NCBI GenBank assembly: GCA_051362555.1
Contig: CM120649.1
Location: forward strand, 2,976,001 to 3,040,000
DNA from: Lingula anatina
Lineage: Eukaryota > Animalia > Brachiopoda
Direction of reading: 5' to 3'
Length of the DNA: 64,000 nt
Below are positions 13,209 to 26,036 of this stretch, piece after piece (the stretch's first letter is position 1; each line of letters starts with the position of its first letter). A program made the position numbers and the translations under genes. The notes beneath the pieces were generated by a model. The model saw only the letters and a list, made by a program, of their open reading frames with translations, ran no database searches and was not told the origin of the DNA.

Positions 13209-13400
13209 ACCCACTCTGGCTGGTTGTACTTTCCACACCTGGTACACGGGGTATCATCATTTATCTCAACTGCTTCCACTTCCATCTCTTCTGTAAAACA
13301 AGAATGTTAGCTGTTAACATTTGACATTGAGGGCAACCATGTGTATGCACAACCAAACACACAGAAATCAAGATACTAGCAGCTGTCATTCTATCATTCC

Positions 13401-13490
<90 letters not shown>

Positions 13491-13590
13491 GAATACTGCC
13501 AAGCAACCATGCACTTAATTTTAACAACTGCTCTTATTTTCTCTTTCACATACACATAAACCCACTCAAACACCCACACATCTGCATGTA

Positions 13591-13624
<34 letters not shown>

Positions 13625-13625
13625 T

Positions 13626-13661
<36 letters not shown>

Positions 13662-13728
13662 AAATGTACACACACACAAATGTACACACACACACACACA
13701 CACATACACACACACACACACACACAAT

Positions 13729-13764
<36 letters not shown>

Positions 13765-16700
13765 ACTTCTCCTAGCTGCAGCCCTTCTGGCATTCCTTCC
13801 ATGCGGGACATAATTCTCATCGTCCGTCTCGTCCATGGAGAACTCATGATCTGACTGGTCAAACTTGAGTTCCTCATCACTGGATGGGTCGTGTTGCCTG
13901 TCAAGCTGCTCGAAGTAACTGTCCAACCACTCATCATCGCTGGTGTCATATTCAGCATGGTGACCCTTGGATTTCTTATTCTGAAAGTAGATAGTCCATT
14001 GTGGTCATTATTTTATACTTAGTGTGTGATCTTTAAAATTTACATTAAAAAATGAGAAAAATGAGAGTAAAAAATGAGAAACATACTGCAAAAAAAGAAA
14101 CATCAAATTCATTTTTGAATACTCTAATACTAAAGAAACAGCTAACATAGAAATGAATATCATTTTTCATCTGTCAATGATTCTTTATCTTTCTGTATTA
14201 CCTGGACACCATATGTGGGCACTCCTATTATTTAGAAGACAATCCTTACTATTCAAATAAGATGAAAAAATAAAACATCAGCAAAGCACCAAAGAGCATG
14301 AGGACATTATTTAAGCCTAACCCAAAGACAGACATAAAAGCTAAATGTGTATTCCTTTACATTCATTTTTCTATATTCTTACCCCTTTTTTGTTCTTTCC
14401 CTTGGACTTCTTTTTGAGCCACACATTTTCCTCATCACTGTCTTTAGCTTCCTAATATTTTTCAAAATGAAAATTCATAAAAAAAGTATAGAATTACTTT
14501 GCTAATGATTTTATAAATTTAATTCAACAAGTTACCCGTTAATATCTGAATCTAATAGATGTCAACAAAATTTTCAATACCAATTGAAAAGACCTTCACA
14601 GGAAATTGGAACCTAAAGAAATAATTCATACTTTTTCCATTATCAAAGACTTGATAAATTTGCACATATATCACAAGTGGAGGTGGTATAAATAAACTAT
14701 GAAATATCATACCATAAGATAAGACATGTTGCAAATGTTGAAGGCCAATGTTTGGTAAAAATTCAATTGAACAGACTTTAGAACGAGTCCAGATACATTT
14801 CCCCTTTGATCAATTTTAATTTTTAGCTTTATTCACTCTTACCATCATTGCCTTTCTCTTCTTTTCCTTTTCTCTTTCATCAGCTTCTTTGATCTCCCTC
14901 TCCATTTTCTTCCTTTCTTCCATCTCCTTCTCCTTCTTTAGGGTGATTTTGGTAATTCTGGCCGACCTTCTGACCTACATGTAGAATAATTATGTAAAAA
15001 TTTCAAGCTCCTCACATTTTAAATGAATTTTCTATTTCAAGATTGATCATGTTCAGATATTTACAAAACTTGACTAACTTGCAAGTCTAGCCCACTAACT
15101 TTTAAAAACCAAACCTTTGATTCAACTTTTTATCACTATTACTGACAACACTGGGGGGAGGGGGGGGCAATTTATTGATGTTGCTTAAATACTTTGTGCA
15201 ATTATTGTAAATGTGTACAAGCTATGCAATACCTTACACTTACTAATGTTGGCATACTTAATTTTACCCAAATCTTTAACACATACATATTTGGCAAAAT
15301 AATACAACATATTTCATGGTCTTTCTCCAAATTCATCATTTCTGTTAAAATTCTGAAATATAAAAATTGCTTTTTTATTACAAAATGTGGGGAGTACATC
15401 ATGGGGGCTTAATCTGATGTAATAAAGGTCAAGAAAAATTTTCTTTAAAAAAATTCAAACCAGCACAGCATGTCATATCAAATTAAGTATATTTTCTTTG
15501 ACAATGTGCCAAACTATTTGAAAAAAAAAAAACCTACCTGGGACAAAGGAATATTATCATCGCTTTCATCACCATCTTTCTGTTCTTTCTTCTTTCTCCC
15601 TTTTTTCCCCTTGGCTTTTGCTGGCGTACTCTCTTCATCATCTCCCTTCTCTTTACTTCCATTGTTAGCATTCTCAGTCAAATTATTGGCATTTTTCTCA
15701 GTCTGACTAGGAGATTTAGATCTGCTTTTGCTTTTACTTTTCCCCTTGGGCCTTCCTCGACCTTTTCTTTTTGCTTTCCTGCCTCTTTTGACAGGAGATT
15801 TTGGTTTGGACGAATCGTCTTGAACTTCGTCAGTCTCTTTCAGTTGGTCTTCAGCATCCTGTACAGAAATGTCTTCCTCTACCTTCTTTTCAACTTCTTT
15901 TTCCAAAGAGTTAGCATCTTTTGCTATTTCTGAATTAGTAGAGACAGTTCTCTTGTTTTCTGTATTTTCTTTGTCCTCTGTTGCCTGATTGGAGTCTTTA
16001 TTCGTATCTTTAGGATCCAGAGACATTGTATTTTCAGGTTCATCAACTATTTCTTTACTGACATCTGAATCAGCTTTCTCACTGCATTCCTCTTTTTCTG
16101 AAATATCTGTCACTAAATTTTTGTCCGTCTCTGACGTCTGGTCCCTTCTTTCTTGAGTAGCAGGCAGAGATCTTTCAACATTTTTATCTACATTTGTTTC
16201 TTTGTTTGCATCACTCTTTTGTTCAACAGTTTGTGCTATGTTTTGTGTTTCAGCAGAGGAGTCCTCTTTAGTTTCTTTGTCATCTGCAACTTCAACTTTT
16301 TCTCCATCAGAAGGTGTATCATCTCTTCCCTCTTTTTCAACTTCTTCCTCCGTCTTTTCTTGTTTCACAGAAACTAGATTTTTGTTGTCCTCCTTTTTCA
16401 CATCAGTTTTATCGTCTTTCGTTGATTTAAAATTTTTACTGTTCTCTTCCTCTATATTTACCTCATTTACTTTTTCTTTTGCATCCAATTCTTTTTCCTT
16501 GTCTAATTTCACTTCACCTTTTTCTCCTTTTAATGACAACAAACTCTTGTCACCTTCTCCTTCTTCCTTCATTTCAATTGTTTCTTCTTTTACAGACAAA
16601 TCTTTTTCTTCTTTAACTTTGACAGTCTTTTCACCACTGACTGCACTGAGATCTTCTCCCTTCTTCTCTTCTGTAACTTTCACTGTGAACTCCTTTTCAG

Positions 16701-18888
16701 CACCACTTTCTTCCTCTTTTTTCACCTTTATGTCTTTTATTCCCTCCTCCTGACTTGAAGACACTTCTTTCCTTTCCACATCCGGGTGAACATCCTTGTG
16801 TACTTCCTGGTCTTCATCCTGATCTTCATCCTGGTCTTCCATCTCTTCATCGTCATCAGCCCTGTCTTGATTTACTTCCATATCTGCTTCTTCAGTTTTG
16901 ATTTCAGCTTCAAGAAAAGACAGAAAATGGAAAATTGAAACAAATGCTGGCAAACTAATTTAGAAACATTGGTTAAATATTAAATATTAAAACTTGGTTA
17001 AAACTTAAATAACTGCGGCTTGGGAATCAACAGTCTAAATACTATCAGGCAGAGAAAAGATCCATAAGAGGCACTGGTGTAATTTTAAGATGAAATTCAT
17101 GTCTGGATCAGTCAATTCTTTGGCTGTTTAAACCTGTTTGGTGGCCCTTTTTTAAAAGTCTATACATGTGGTTTTGATACTAAAAATCATTGGTGCAGTT
17201 TCACTTCACTTCACCCTCTTCTTCTATCATTGAAGTTTTCACAAAAATGAGTCTCAATTAATGTTTGGTTATCAGCCACACATCTTTGTCTATAACTTTA
17301 CTATGACACTGACCAGGGCTTTCAACGCTCGGAGTCGTAGATCTACTTTCGCTTTCCATTTCCCCAGGTTTTTCTGCAGCCTCGGCAAGCCTCGTTATAA
17401 GACTCTCAAGGTCCTCTTTGCTCTGACACACAAGTCTCCATGACGATTCAAGGTCAGGGTCTTCTTGAAAGAGGCGCAGGTTGAGATCTTTGTCCTACAG
17501 AAGAGGAATTTGATATAAAAGTGATGAAATAAATTCAAATTTGGCAAAACTTCAACATGCCTCTCTCTCTCTCTCTCTCTTATAAATGATCACTTCAGGG
17601 ATGAGACTGCCATTTAGTGAGAAAGTCAAACAAGGCAGCAAAGCTGTCAAATGTACAGACAAAGAACAGAAAATAAAGATGCAAATAAGTGAAAAATTAA
17701 ATTTTCACAAAAAACTGTTAAATTGCCAGAAAACTTTACCAAACAGACTGCGTTGCCTATTGAAGCTGTATGTTAGACCCATGTTTCTTTCCTGTAAGTT
17801 TGAGAACAGTAAGTGACATGATTTCCCTTAAATGGTCATCATAGGAGCAGTGCCCAAAATAGGGGTTTCTTCAAATTTTGATGCAACATTACATAATGTT
17901 TAACAGCATAATGACAATCAAATGTTATTAATAAAATATTAGTAACATGGACATTCAGAAAATGTGACAAGCAAAAGTCTTCAAGATCATGGAACTTTAA
18001 AGTCACACCTTGAAAATGCCAATATGTAAAAAATTAAATTTTCACAAAAAACTGTATTACTGCCAAAAAAAAAAACAAGGCAGCAAAGCTGTCAAATGTA
18101 CAGACAAAAAACAGAAAATAAAGATGCAAAATAGGTCATTTTGTCAATTTTGATGCAATAATAAATAATGCTTATAATAGCACTGTCAGTCAACACTGAA
18201 TTTTAATCATGCACAACAGGTACCATGGTCAATAACAGGAGCGAACCCAGAGATATTTTCTGACAGTATTCCAAAGTATCTATGTTGATCCATCCTCCAT
18301 TTTTATGGTCTTCCAACAGAAAAAAATAGATACCAGTCAATATAAACTTAATAACCTGACCGTCTTCCGGAAGACCCAGAAGATGGTCTCAATCCACCCC
18401 TTCAGTAAGATTACAGTTTCAGGACCATGAGAGTTCAAATTCTCATGATGAAAGTCTCAATATTTGAAAAACGATGACAGTGCATAAAATAATATTACAT
18501 AATGTTTAAAGACATAAAAAACAATACAACTGCTTATGTGGAAATATAGAAAATGTGCAGAGCCTCAGGCAGATGAGAGTTAAAAGTCACAAATGCCAGT
18601 GTTTGAGAAGGAAAACATAACAAAACTAGAAAAGCACTCCAAGAGCGCAGACCTCTGCCAAGACAGCAATTGTTGATTATTATTGATTGATTATTGATCC
18701 GGACCACGACCAAAAACTAATCATTGTCTTCCTTGCCCACTTCTGACAGTTCCTGAAAATTTCATCAAAATCGGTCCGTAACTTTTTGAGTTATGTTGAT
18801 GACAGACAAACAGGGGTGAAAACATAACCTCCTTGGCAGAGGTAAATATAATTCCAATGATGCTGCCATTCAAACTTTTAATCTTTTT

Positions 18889-18977
<89 letters not shown>

Positions 18978-21900
18978 TATTTGCAATATTAAACAAAATT
19001 TACCTGCATAATTATCACTGCTTACTTATTATTAATCTAGCAGAGAGCTTAACCTTTGGGAGTTTACAGGGAAATATCAACAAGTGTGCTTTATGTAATC
19101 TCATTTAATGGCCTATTAATGACTTTATAACTCTGAACTTAGGTAAGTGATACCCAAGGGAAATTTACAGACTGACCCTCTCAAAGATCTTTCAGGCCCA
19201 TAAGTCACATCTTAAGAAAAGCACATAACAATAATGCACAAAATAGGAGACTACCAATTCTGATGCAATACATTATGTTTAACTGCACAGTCAACATCAA
19301 ATTTTAATTATGCACAACAGGTAACACCAACGAAAGTAAAAGCATAAGGCTTCAGGCCCATCAGAGTTCAAGTTTATACTTTGAAAGTGCCAGAATGAGA
19401 AAAATGAAAATTTCACACAAAATTGCATGAATTCAATGATAAAAGATAACCCAATTGAGCTGGCTTTCTAATTTGAACTGCATGCCAATCCTAAAAATCA
19501 TACTTGTAAGTTAAAAATAATAATAAGTAACACAGTTTTCTTTTCATAATGTTTGCAGTAGCAGTGCAAAAAGATTTTTGTCAATTTTGATGTAACATTA
19601 CATAATAAATTATATAATAATTATCACCAATTTTTGATTATTGACTATAAATAGCATGGGCATTTAGAAAATTTGATTACTATTCGGCTTCATGTCCATG
19701 GGAGCTCCGAGTCCCACAATGAATATGCCAACACGATAATAATGAATTTTTCACTAAAATGTATAACTTCCAGAAAAAGAAGCCAATTAGACTGCTTTTC
19801 CAACTCAGGCTGCATTTAAGTCCGGTGTTTCTTTTTTGAAAGTTTGACAGTCATAAGTAACACGGTTTTCCCATAATGGTTATCATGGCAGCAGCACCAA
19901 AAATTGTGTTTTCTTCTATTTTGATGCAACATTACATAATACTTAACAGCATAATGACCAACAATTTTTAATAATAATATGCACGTATCATGGATTTTCA
20001 GAAAATGTGACTACTAGTAGCATGGGTCTTCAAGCCCGTGGAGGTTCTAAGTCACACCTTGAAAATGCCAATATGTGAAAAATGAAATTTTCACAAAAAA
20101 ACTGTTTAACTGCCAGAAAAATTTACCAAACAGACTACATTTCCTACTGAAGCTGTATTTTAGTCCCATGTTTCTTTCCTGTAAGTTTGAGAACAGTAAG
20201 TGACATGATATTCCTTAAGTGCTCATCATGGGAGCAGTGCCCAAAATAGGGGTTTCTTCAAATTTTAATGTAACATTACATAATGTTTAACAGCATAATG
20301 ACCATCAATTTTTAATAATAGAATATTAGTAACATGGACATTCAGAAAATGTGACAAGCAAAGGTCTTCAGGATCATAGAACTTCAAAGTCACACCTTGA
20401 AAATGCCAATATGTGAAAAATTAAATTTTCACAAAAAACTGTTTAACTGCCAGAAAAAATTACCAAACAGACTGCATTGCCTACTGAAGCTGTATTTTAG
20501 TCCCATGTTTCTTTCCTGTAAGTTTGAGAACAGTAAGTGACATGATTTTCCTTAAATGGTCATCATGGGAGCAGTGCCCAAAATAGGAGTTTCTTCAAAT
20601 TTTGATGCAATATTGCATAATGTTTAACAGCATAATGACCATCAATTTTTAATAATAAAATATTAGTATCATGGATATTCAGAAAATGTGACTAGCAAAG
20701 GTCTTCAGGCCCATGGAACTTCAAAGTCACATCTTGAAAATGCCAAAATGTAAACAAGACAGCACTTTTCTGAAATGGGTTTATTTCCATTTTAACACTT
20801 TTTTAACATAAAACAAAATTAACAGTTTACTGCCATTTTTATATGACCAACTAAGAAAATTGATGAGATGGGAAAAATATCAATAGAACAGTATTAAATG
20901 TCCAATTTCCTCCATTCTGAGATTCTGAACATAGTGGATGATTGAATCTGACAAACTGCGATGATATGTGTTTATTTCCATTTTTGACACTTCATTACAC
21001 AATACACGATAACAAGTTTACCATCATTTTTACATAATCAACTAACAATGTTGTAAAGATGCAGGAAATGTAAAAAAAAAAAACACTTTTACATATCTTA
21101 TTAGTTCAATAATGAGACTATTAACATGCCTAAGAATTGAATCAGAGAAAATGTGAAAAAAAAGCATAACTTCCCTAAAAATGACCCAATCATGCTGATT
21201 TTCGAACTTGACCTGCGTATTATAAATATTCATCAGTTCTGTAAGTTTCAAACCAAAAGGTAAAACGGTTTTCCACTTATGATGTTTACAGTGTTGCATA
21301 TATGCTGAAAAAAGTGAAAAAAAAGCAAAACTTCCCTAAAAATGACCCGATCATGCTAATTTTCGAACTTGACCTGCGTTTTATACAAATTCATCAGTTC
21401 TGTAAGTTTCAAACCAAAAGGTAAAACGGTTTTCCACTTATTGTGTTTACGGTGTTGCATATATGCTGAAAAAAGTGAAAAAAAAGCAAAACTTCCCTAA
21501 AAATGACCCGATCATGCTGATTTTCGAACTTGACCTGTGTATTATACAAATTCATCAGTTCTGTAAGTTTCAAACCAAAAGGTAAAACGGTTTTCCACTT
21601 ATCCTGTTTACGGTGTTGCATATATGCTGAAAAAAGTGAAAAAACAGCATAACTTCCCTAAAAATGGCTCGATCATGCTGATTTTCGAACTTGACCTGAA
21701 TATTATGAATATTCATCAGTTCTGTAAGTTTCAAACCAAAAGGTAAAACGGTTTTCCACTTATCCTGTTTACGGTGTTGCATATATGCTGAAAAAAGTGA
21801 AAAAACAGCATAACTTCCCTAAAAATGGCCCGATCAAGCTGATTTTCGAACTTGACCTGAATATTATGAATATTCATCAGTTCTGTAAGTTTCAAGTAAA

Positions 21901-24362
21901 AAGGTAAAACGGTTTTCCACTTATCGTGTTTACGGTGTTGCATATATGCTGAAAAAAGTGAAAAAACAGCATAACTTCCCTAAAAATGACCCGATCATGC
22001 TGATTTTCGAACTTGACCTGTGTATTATACAAATTCATCAGTTCTGTAAGTTTCAAACCAAAAGGTAAAACGGTTTTCCACTTATCGTGTTTACGGTGTT
22101 GCATATATGCTGAAAAAAGTGAAAAAACAGCATAACTTCCCTAAAAATGGCCCGATCATGCTGATTTTCGAACTTGACCTGAATATTATGAATATTCATC
22201 AGTTCTGTAAGTTTCAAGTCAAAATGTAAAACCGTTTTCCACTTATCGTGTTTACGGTAAAAGTGCACGCCAACGGCAACGGCAACGGCGACGACAGACG
22301 CAGGTGACGGCTATATGTACAGACACATCTGTGTCTGTACATAAAAAAAAAACCAAACAGACTGCATTGCCTACTGAAGCTGTATTTTAGTCCCATGTTT
22401 CTTTCCTGTAAGTTTGAAAACAGTAAGTGACATGATTTTCCTTAAATGGTCATCATGGAAGCAGTGCCCAAAATGGGGGTTTCTTCAAATTTTGATGCAA
22501 TATTACATAATGTTTAACAGCTTAATGACCATCGATTTTTTATTATAAAATATTTGTATCACAGATATTCAGAAAATGTGACTAGCAAAGGTCTTCAGGC
22601 CCATGGAACTTCAAAGTCACGCATTGATAATGCCAAAATGTAAACAAGACAGCACTGTTCTGAAATGGGTTTATTTCCATTTTTAACACTTTTTTAACAT
22701 AAAACAAAATAAACATTTTACTGCCATTTTTATATGTCCAACTAAGAAAATTGATGAGATGGGAAAAGTATCAATAGAACAGTGTTAAATGTCCAATTTC
22801 CTCCATTCTGAGATTCTGAACATAGTGGATGATTGAATCTGACAAACTGCAATGATATGAGTTTATTTCCATTTTTGACGCTTTATTACACAATACATGA
22901 TAACAAGTTTACCATGTTTTTTACATAATCAACTAACAATGTTGTAAAGATGCAGGAAATATCAAACAAACACTTTTAGGCATCTTATTAGTTAAATAAT
23001 GAGACTGTTAACATGCCTAATAATTGAATCTGAGGAAATGTGAAAAAACAGTATAACTTCTTAAGTAATGGCCCGATTATGCTTATTTTCGAACTCAACC
23101 TGCGTTTTAGTAAGATTGACCACTCCTGTGAGTATAATTACAATTGGCCAATCCGTTTTTCTTATATTGTGTTATCAGTGTTGCATTTATATTGAAAATA
23201 GTGAAAAAACAGCATAAATTACCTAAAAGTGACCCGATCATGCTGATTTTTCGAACTTGACCTGTGTATTATGAATATTCATCAGTTCTGTAAGTTTCAA
23301 GTCAAAAGGTAAAATGGTTTTCCACTTATCGTGTTATCGGTGCTGCATATATGCTGAAAAAAGTGAAAAAAACAGCATAAATTCCCTAAAAGTGACCCGA
23401 TCATGCTGATTTTCGAACTTGACCTGCGTTTTATAAATATTCATCAGTTCTGTAAGTTTCAAGTAAAAAGGTAAAATGGTTTTCCACTTATCGTGTTATC
23501 GGTGCTGCATACATGCTGAAAAAAGTGAAAAACAGCATAAATTCCCTAAAAGTGACCCGATCATGCTGATTTTCGAACTTGACCTGCGTATTATGAATAT
23601 TCATCAGTTCTGTAAGTATCAAGTCAAAAAGTAAAATGGTTTTCCACTTATCGTGTTATCGGTGCTGCATATATGCTGAAAAAAGTGAAAAAACAGCATA
23701 AATTCCCTAAACGTGACCCGATCATGCTGATTTTCGAACTTGACCTGCGTATTATGAATAGTCATCAGTTCTGCAAGTTTCAAGTCAAAAGGTAAAATGG
23801 TTTTCCACTTATCGTGTTATCGGTAAAAGTGCACGGCGACGGCGACTGTACATAAAAATATGGCGTGGAGTCCAGGGGGTGGCTTAGGCTTATGATATTT
23901 TTTGGCTCCCATAAAGAAATCTGGAAATCTGCCGACAGTCGGAAAAATCTCATCCTTGTAACTTACCAGGAGGTACCAGTCAGTATGCCGTATGTTGGAA
24001 ATCTGCCGACAGTCGGAAAAATCTCATCCTTGTAACTTACCAGGAGGTACCAGTCAGTATGCCGTATGTTGGAAATCTGCCGACAGTCGGAAAAATCTCA
24101 TCCTTGTAACTTACCAGGAGGTACCAGTATGCCTTCCCATTCCTGTCCTTGCCAGTGGGAAGATCCCTCAGTTCTTGGGTTTGCATGGCATTCACCTTCT
24201 CCTTGAACTTCACATGCTTGTCAAACTGAGACTCCATCAGATTCTGTAATTATTTTTTATATAACAAACCTGAGTTATTTTTCAAAACTTATTCTTTCTT
24301 ATATTTACAGTATGATTAACATGATGTATATGAAAAAAAAAATAAAGAAAATTGTGACACTA

Positions 24363-24394
<32 letters not shown>

Positions 24395-24675
24395 ACACAC
24401 ACACACACACTTTTCTTAAAATGCAGTATAGTTTCAAATCAATTACTTGCCTTCAGTATTCTGACTTTGGTTTCAACTTTGCATTTTCTGAACCCAGACT
24501 GGTCCACCTCCCAGCCATCAACCTCTGAGTATGAGTAACAAAACTGAAATAAACCAAGACCAAAATTATTGTATTTTGTCAATTTCTTAAAATTAAAAAT
24601 AATCAGATCATCTTCATTTATAATGGCCACTGAGTAACCACAGAGTTTGATGTAAAATTGTGAGAACTGCATACC

Positions 24676-24725
<50 letters not shown>

Positions 24726-26036
24726 TCATTAATCTATTTATGTTTGCAACTAAAAGTTGGGTTGTACTACAAAAGAGTGATAAAAGTAACTGAACACTTT
24801 ATGGCATAAAAAACATTAAAATTTTTTATGATTAAAAAAATATATCAATCTGTTACTTATATTAGTTCAATAACATAAAAGAAGAATTCATTTATTTAAA
24901 CATTAAATGAATCAATTTCTTTAAAATAGTTAAAAGGAATGAAGTTTATACATGAAAATTTCTGACAGGATCATTTCCTAGCTACTAGTACCAGCATTAC
25001 TTGGGTTTAAATTTTCAACTCCCTTGGCTGTCATGTAGTCAGTAAAACGTAATTAACTTTTACAGTTGGTTTTCTATTTACCTTTGCCAATTTTTTCTCC
25101 CATTTATTTTTCTGCATGCTCTTCTCTATCTTCCTCAGCAGGGGGAAGATCAGGTCCATTAATCTGGTGGGGACTGCAAAGGGAAACGGTAAATATAAAA
25201 GGTATAATATAAACAAAGTGTGAAACCTGGGGTTCGATAACTCAGTAATGGGGAGAGGGGGGGCCAGGGAGGCCCGGGGGGGGGGGGGTGACATCTCATA
25301 ACAAGCCAAGAGGTCCAACACACACACACACACACATACAATCATATAAACACATGTGTACGCACATGCACACACACACAAACCAATTTGCACTCACAAA
25401 AGCTACACTTGGTGGCTGCCGTTTTACTCAAACACTATGAACCAGACAGAGTGAAATGTGTGGTTTCAAATTTCACATGCTACTACTCTCTTCTTTAAAA
25501 CTAGAGTGATTTCTGTATGGGCACCTCCTTGGAATGCAATAGTTGAGTTTAAAGACACTTATTCGTATGACTTTCAATGGAATCAAATTTTGAACGATGT
25601 AAAACTAAATACAGTGAACGATTTACGCTTAATTCGAGGCGCATCATTCACCATTATATTAGGGAAATCGGGCGGCAATAATAAAAGAAATACACCAAAA
25701 ATACATAAATTGTTTATATCGAGAAGAAGTCTATACAAATAAATGGATGTCACTGAACGTGTGTTTTGTAAAACATTTGCGATCGAAGATTGGAGTCATT
25801 ATTTGTTAAAATCCTTTGTGTCAACCCCACGTTAGAAAACGAGGTCAAGCTAAATCCCTTGTTTACATTGCATGTTTTTCCTTACCCGTCCTAGTTTCTT
25901 CCAGATCCCGCTGCAGATCTGCGAATGATACATGAGGTAAATTCAGCAATTCACCATAGCGATTAAGAAAAGAGCAAATGACTGCAAAATTTGGGTCTGA
26001 ATGAAAATCACTGGATGCAGCGACAGCTGCCGCCAT
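7180..26036 (-). CDS. RSF1: Remodeling and spacing factor 1 (ISWI partner; DDT/WHIM N-terminus, acidic linker, PHD finger)
   Basis: Exons: 26036-25886, 25173-25082, 24543-24451, 24243-24115, 17494-17314, 16907-15538, 14974-14843, 14451-14383, 13980-13767, 13290-13211, 12777-12673, 12154-12020, 11672-11429, 10817-10791, 9274-9040, 8636-8479, 8045-7180; phases are consistent. Motifs [15 protein letters not shown]...[92 protein letters not shown] match RSF1. Confidence 0.93.
8178..8236. repeat. 15-bp minisatellite (TGTGGGTATTCATGA) x ~4 in last RSF1 intron
   Basis: Direct reading. Confidence 0.9.
9358..9591. mobile_element. Foldback MITE with long imperfect TIRs
   Basis: AGCATTCAGATTCACACATTGTACTAGCTGGGTC...GGATTCTCACTAAAGTG pairs with CACTTTAGAGAGAATCC...GACCTAGCTAGTACGACGTGAAAATCTGAATGCT. 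Confidence 0.7.
12563..12651 (-). pseudogene. Tandem duplicate of the 3' part of the RSF1 PHD exon including its splice donor
   Basis: Copy of about 12664-12751 ([26 protein letters not shown]|gtaagt) with two exonic substitutions; no acceptor of its own. Confidence 0.85.
12935..13204. repeat. (CT)n-rich low-complexity tract
   Basis: Direct reading; intron between the two PHD exons. Confidence 0.9.
13404..13762. repeat. (CA)n microsatellite clusters
   Basis: Direct reading; source of the spurious CVCV/HTHT ORFs. Confidence 0.95.
18236..18410. repeat. Interspersed repeat, diverged copy of 44071-44250
   Basis: Shared CAGG..GA.CCAGAGAT..., GATCCAT.CTCCATTTTT and GTCTTC.GGAA.ACCCAGAAGA.GG.CTC.ATCCACCCCT blocks. 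Confidence 0.6.
18624..18845 (+). mobile_element. Short Helentron-associated element (DINE/HINE-like)
   Basis: AACTAGAAAAGCACTC start, sub-terminal inverted repeat ACCTCTGCCAAG / CTTGGCAGAGGT, ACAG-type microsatellite remnant (GACAGACAAACAG), 3' hairpin ACCTCCTTGGCAGAGGT. Confidence 0.75.
18892..18972. repeat. (TA)n microsatellite
   Basis: Direct reading. Confidence 0.95.
21150..22260. repeat. 161-bp tandem satellite array, about 7 units
   Basis: TTTCGAACTTGACC recurs at about 21200, 21362, 21523, 21684, 21845, 22006, 22167. Confidence 0.95.
23040..23825. repeat. 161-bp tandem satellite array, 4 units plus one diverged unit
   Basis: Same unit at about 23251, 23412, 23572, 23733; diverged copy near 23087. 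Confidence 0.92.
23922..24133. repeat. 74-bp tandem repeat (~2.8 units) spanning the RSF1 exon 4 splice donor
   Basis: TGGAAATCTGCCGACAGTCGG...ACTTACCAGGAGGTACCAGT starts at 23922, 23996 and 24070. Confidence 0.95.
24677..24725. repeat. (TAA)n microsatellite
   Basis: Direct reading. Confidence 0.95.

Larger units (their letters stand above)
17629..23856 (+). mobile_element. Cluster of nested/tandem Helentron-type non-autonomous elements (HINE-like) in RSF1 intron 4
   Basis: 5' ends AACAAGGCAGCAAAGCTGTCAAATGTACAGAC near 17629 and 18073; 3' end with (CGGCAA/CGGCGA) microsatellite plus palindrome ATGTACAGACACATCTGTGTCTGTACAT then an A-run at about 22270-22351; truncated second 3' end at about 23826-23856; internal ~338-bp and 161-bp repeats; a reverse-complement full copy lies at 51369-53189. 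Confidence 0.75.

Noticed and set aside
12720-13958. ORFs rich in CVCV, HTHT, LSLS, ERER
   Set aside because: Translations of (CA)n and (CT)n microsatellites.
16202-16753. 183-aa Ser/Phe-rich plus-strand ORF
   Set aside because: Antisense shadow of the Glu/Lys-rich RSF1 exon 6.
21225-21255. GAAAC...CTGATGA on the minus strand of each satellite unit as a permuted hammerhead
   Set aside because: Only about 8 nt separate the boxes, too short to form stems III and I; no stem II pairing evident.
21042-22396. Series of near-identical 70-aa ORFs ([23 protein letters not shown]...) suggesting a peptide array or CRISPR-like locus
   Set aside because: They are translations of a 161-bp tandem satellite inside a transposon; no unique spacers, frame shifts each unit, no cas genes, eukaryotic intron context.
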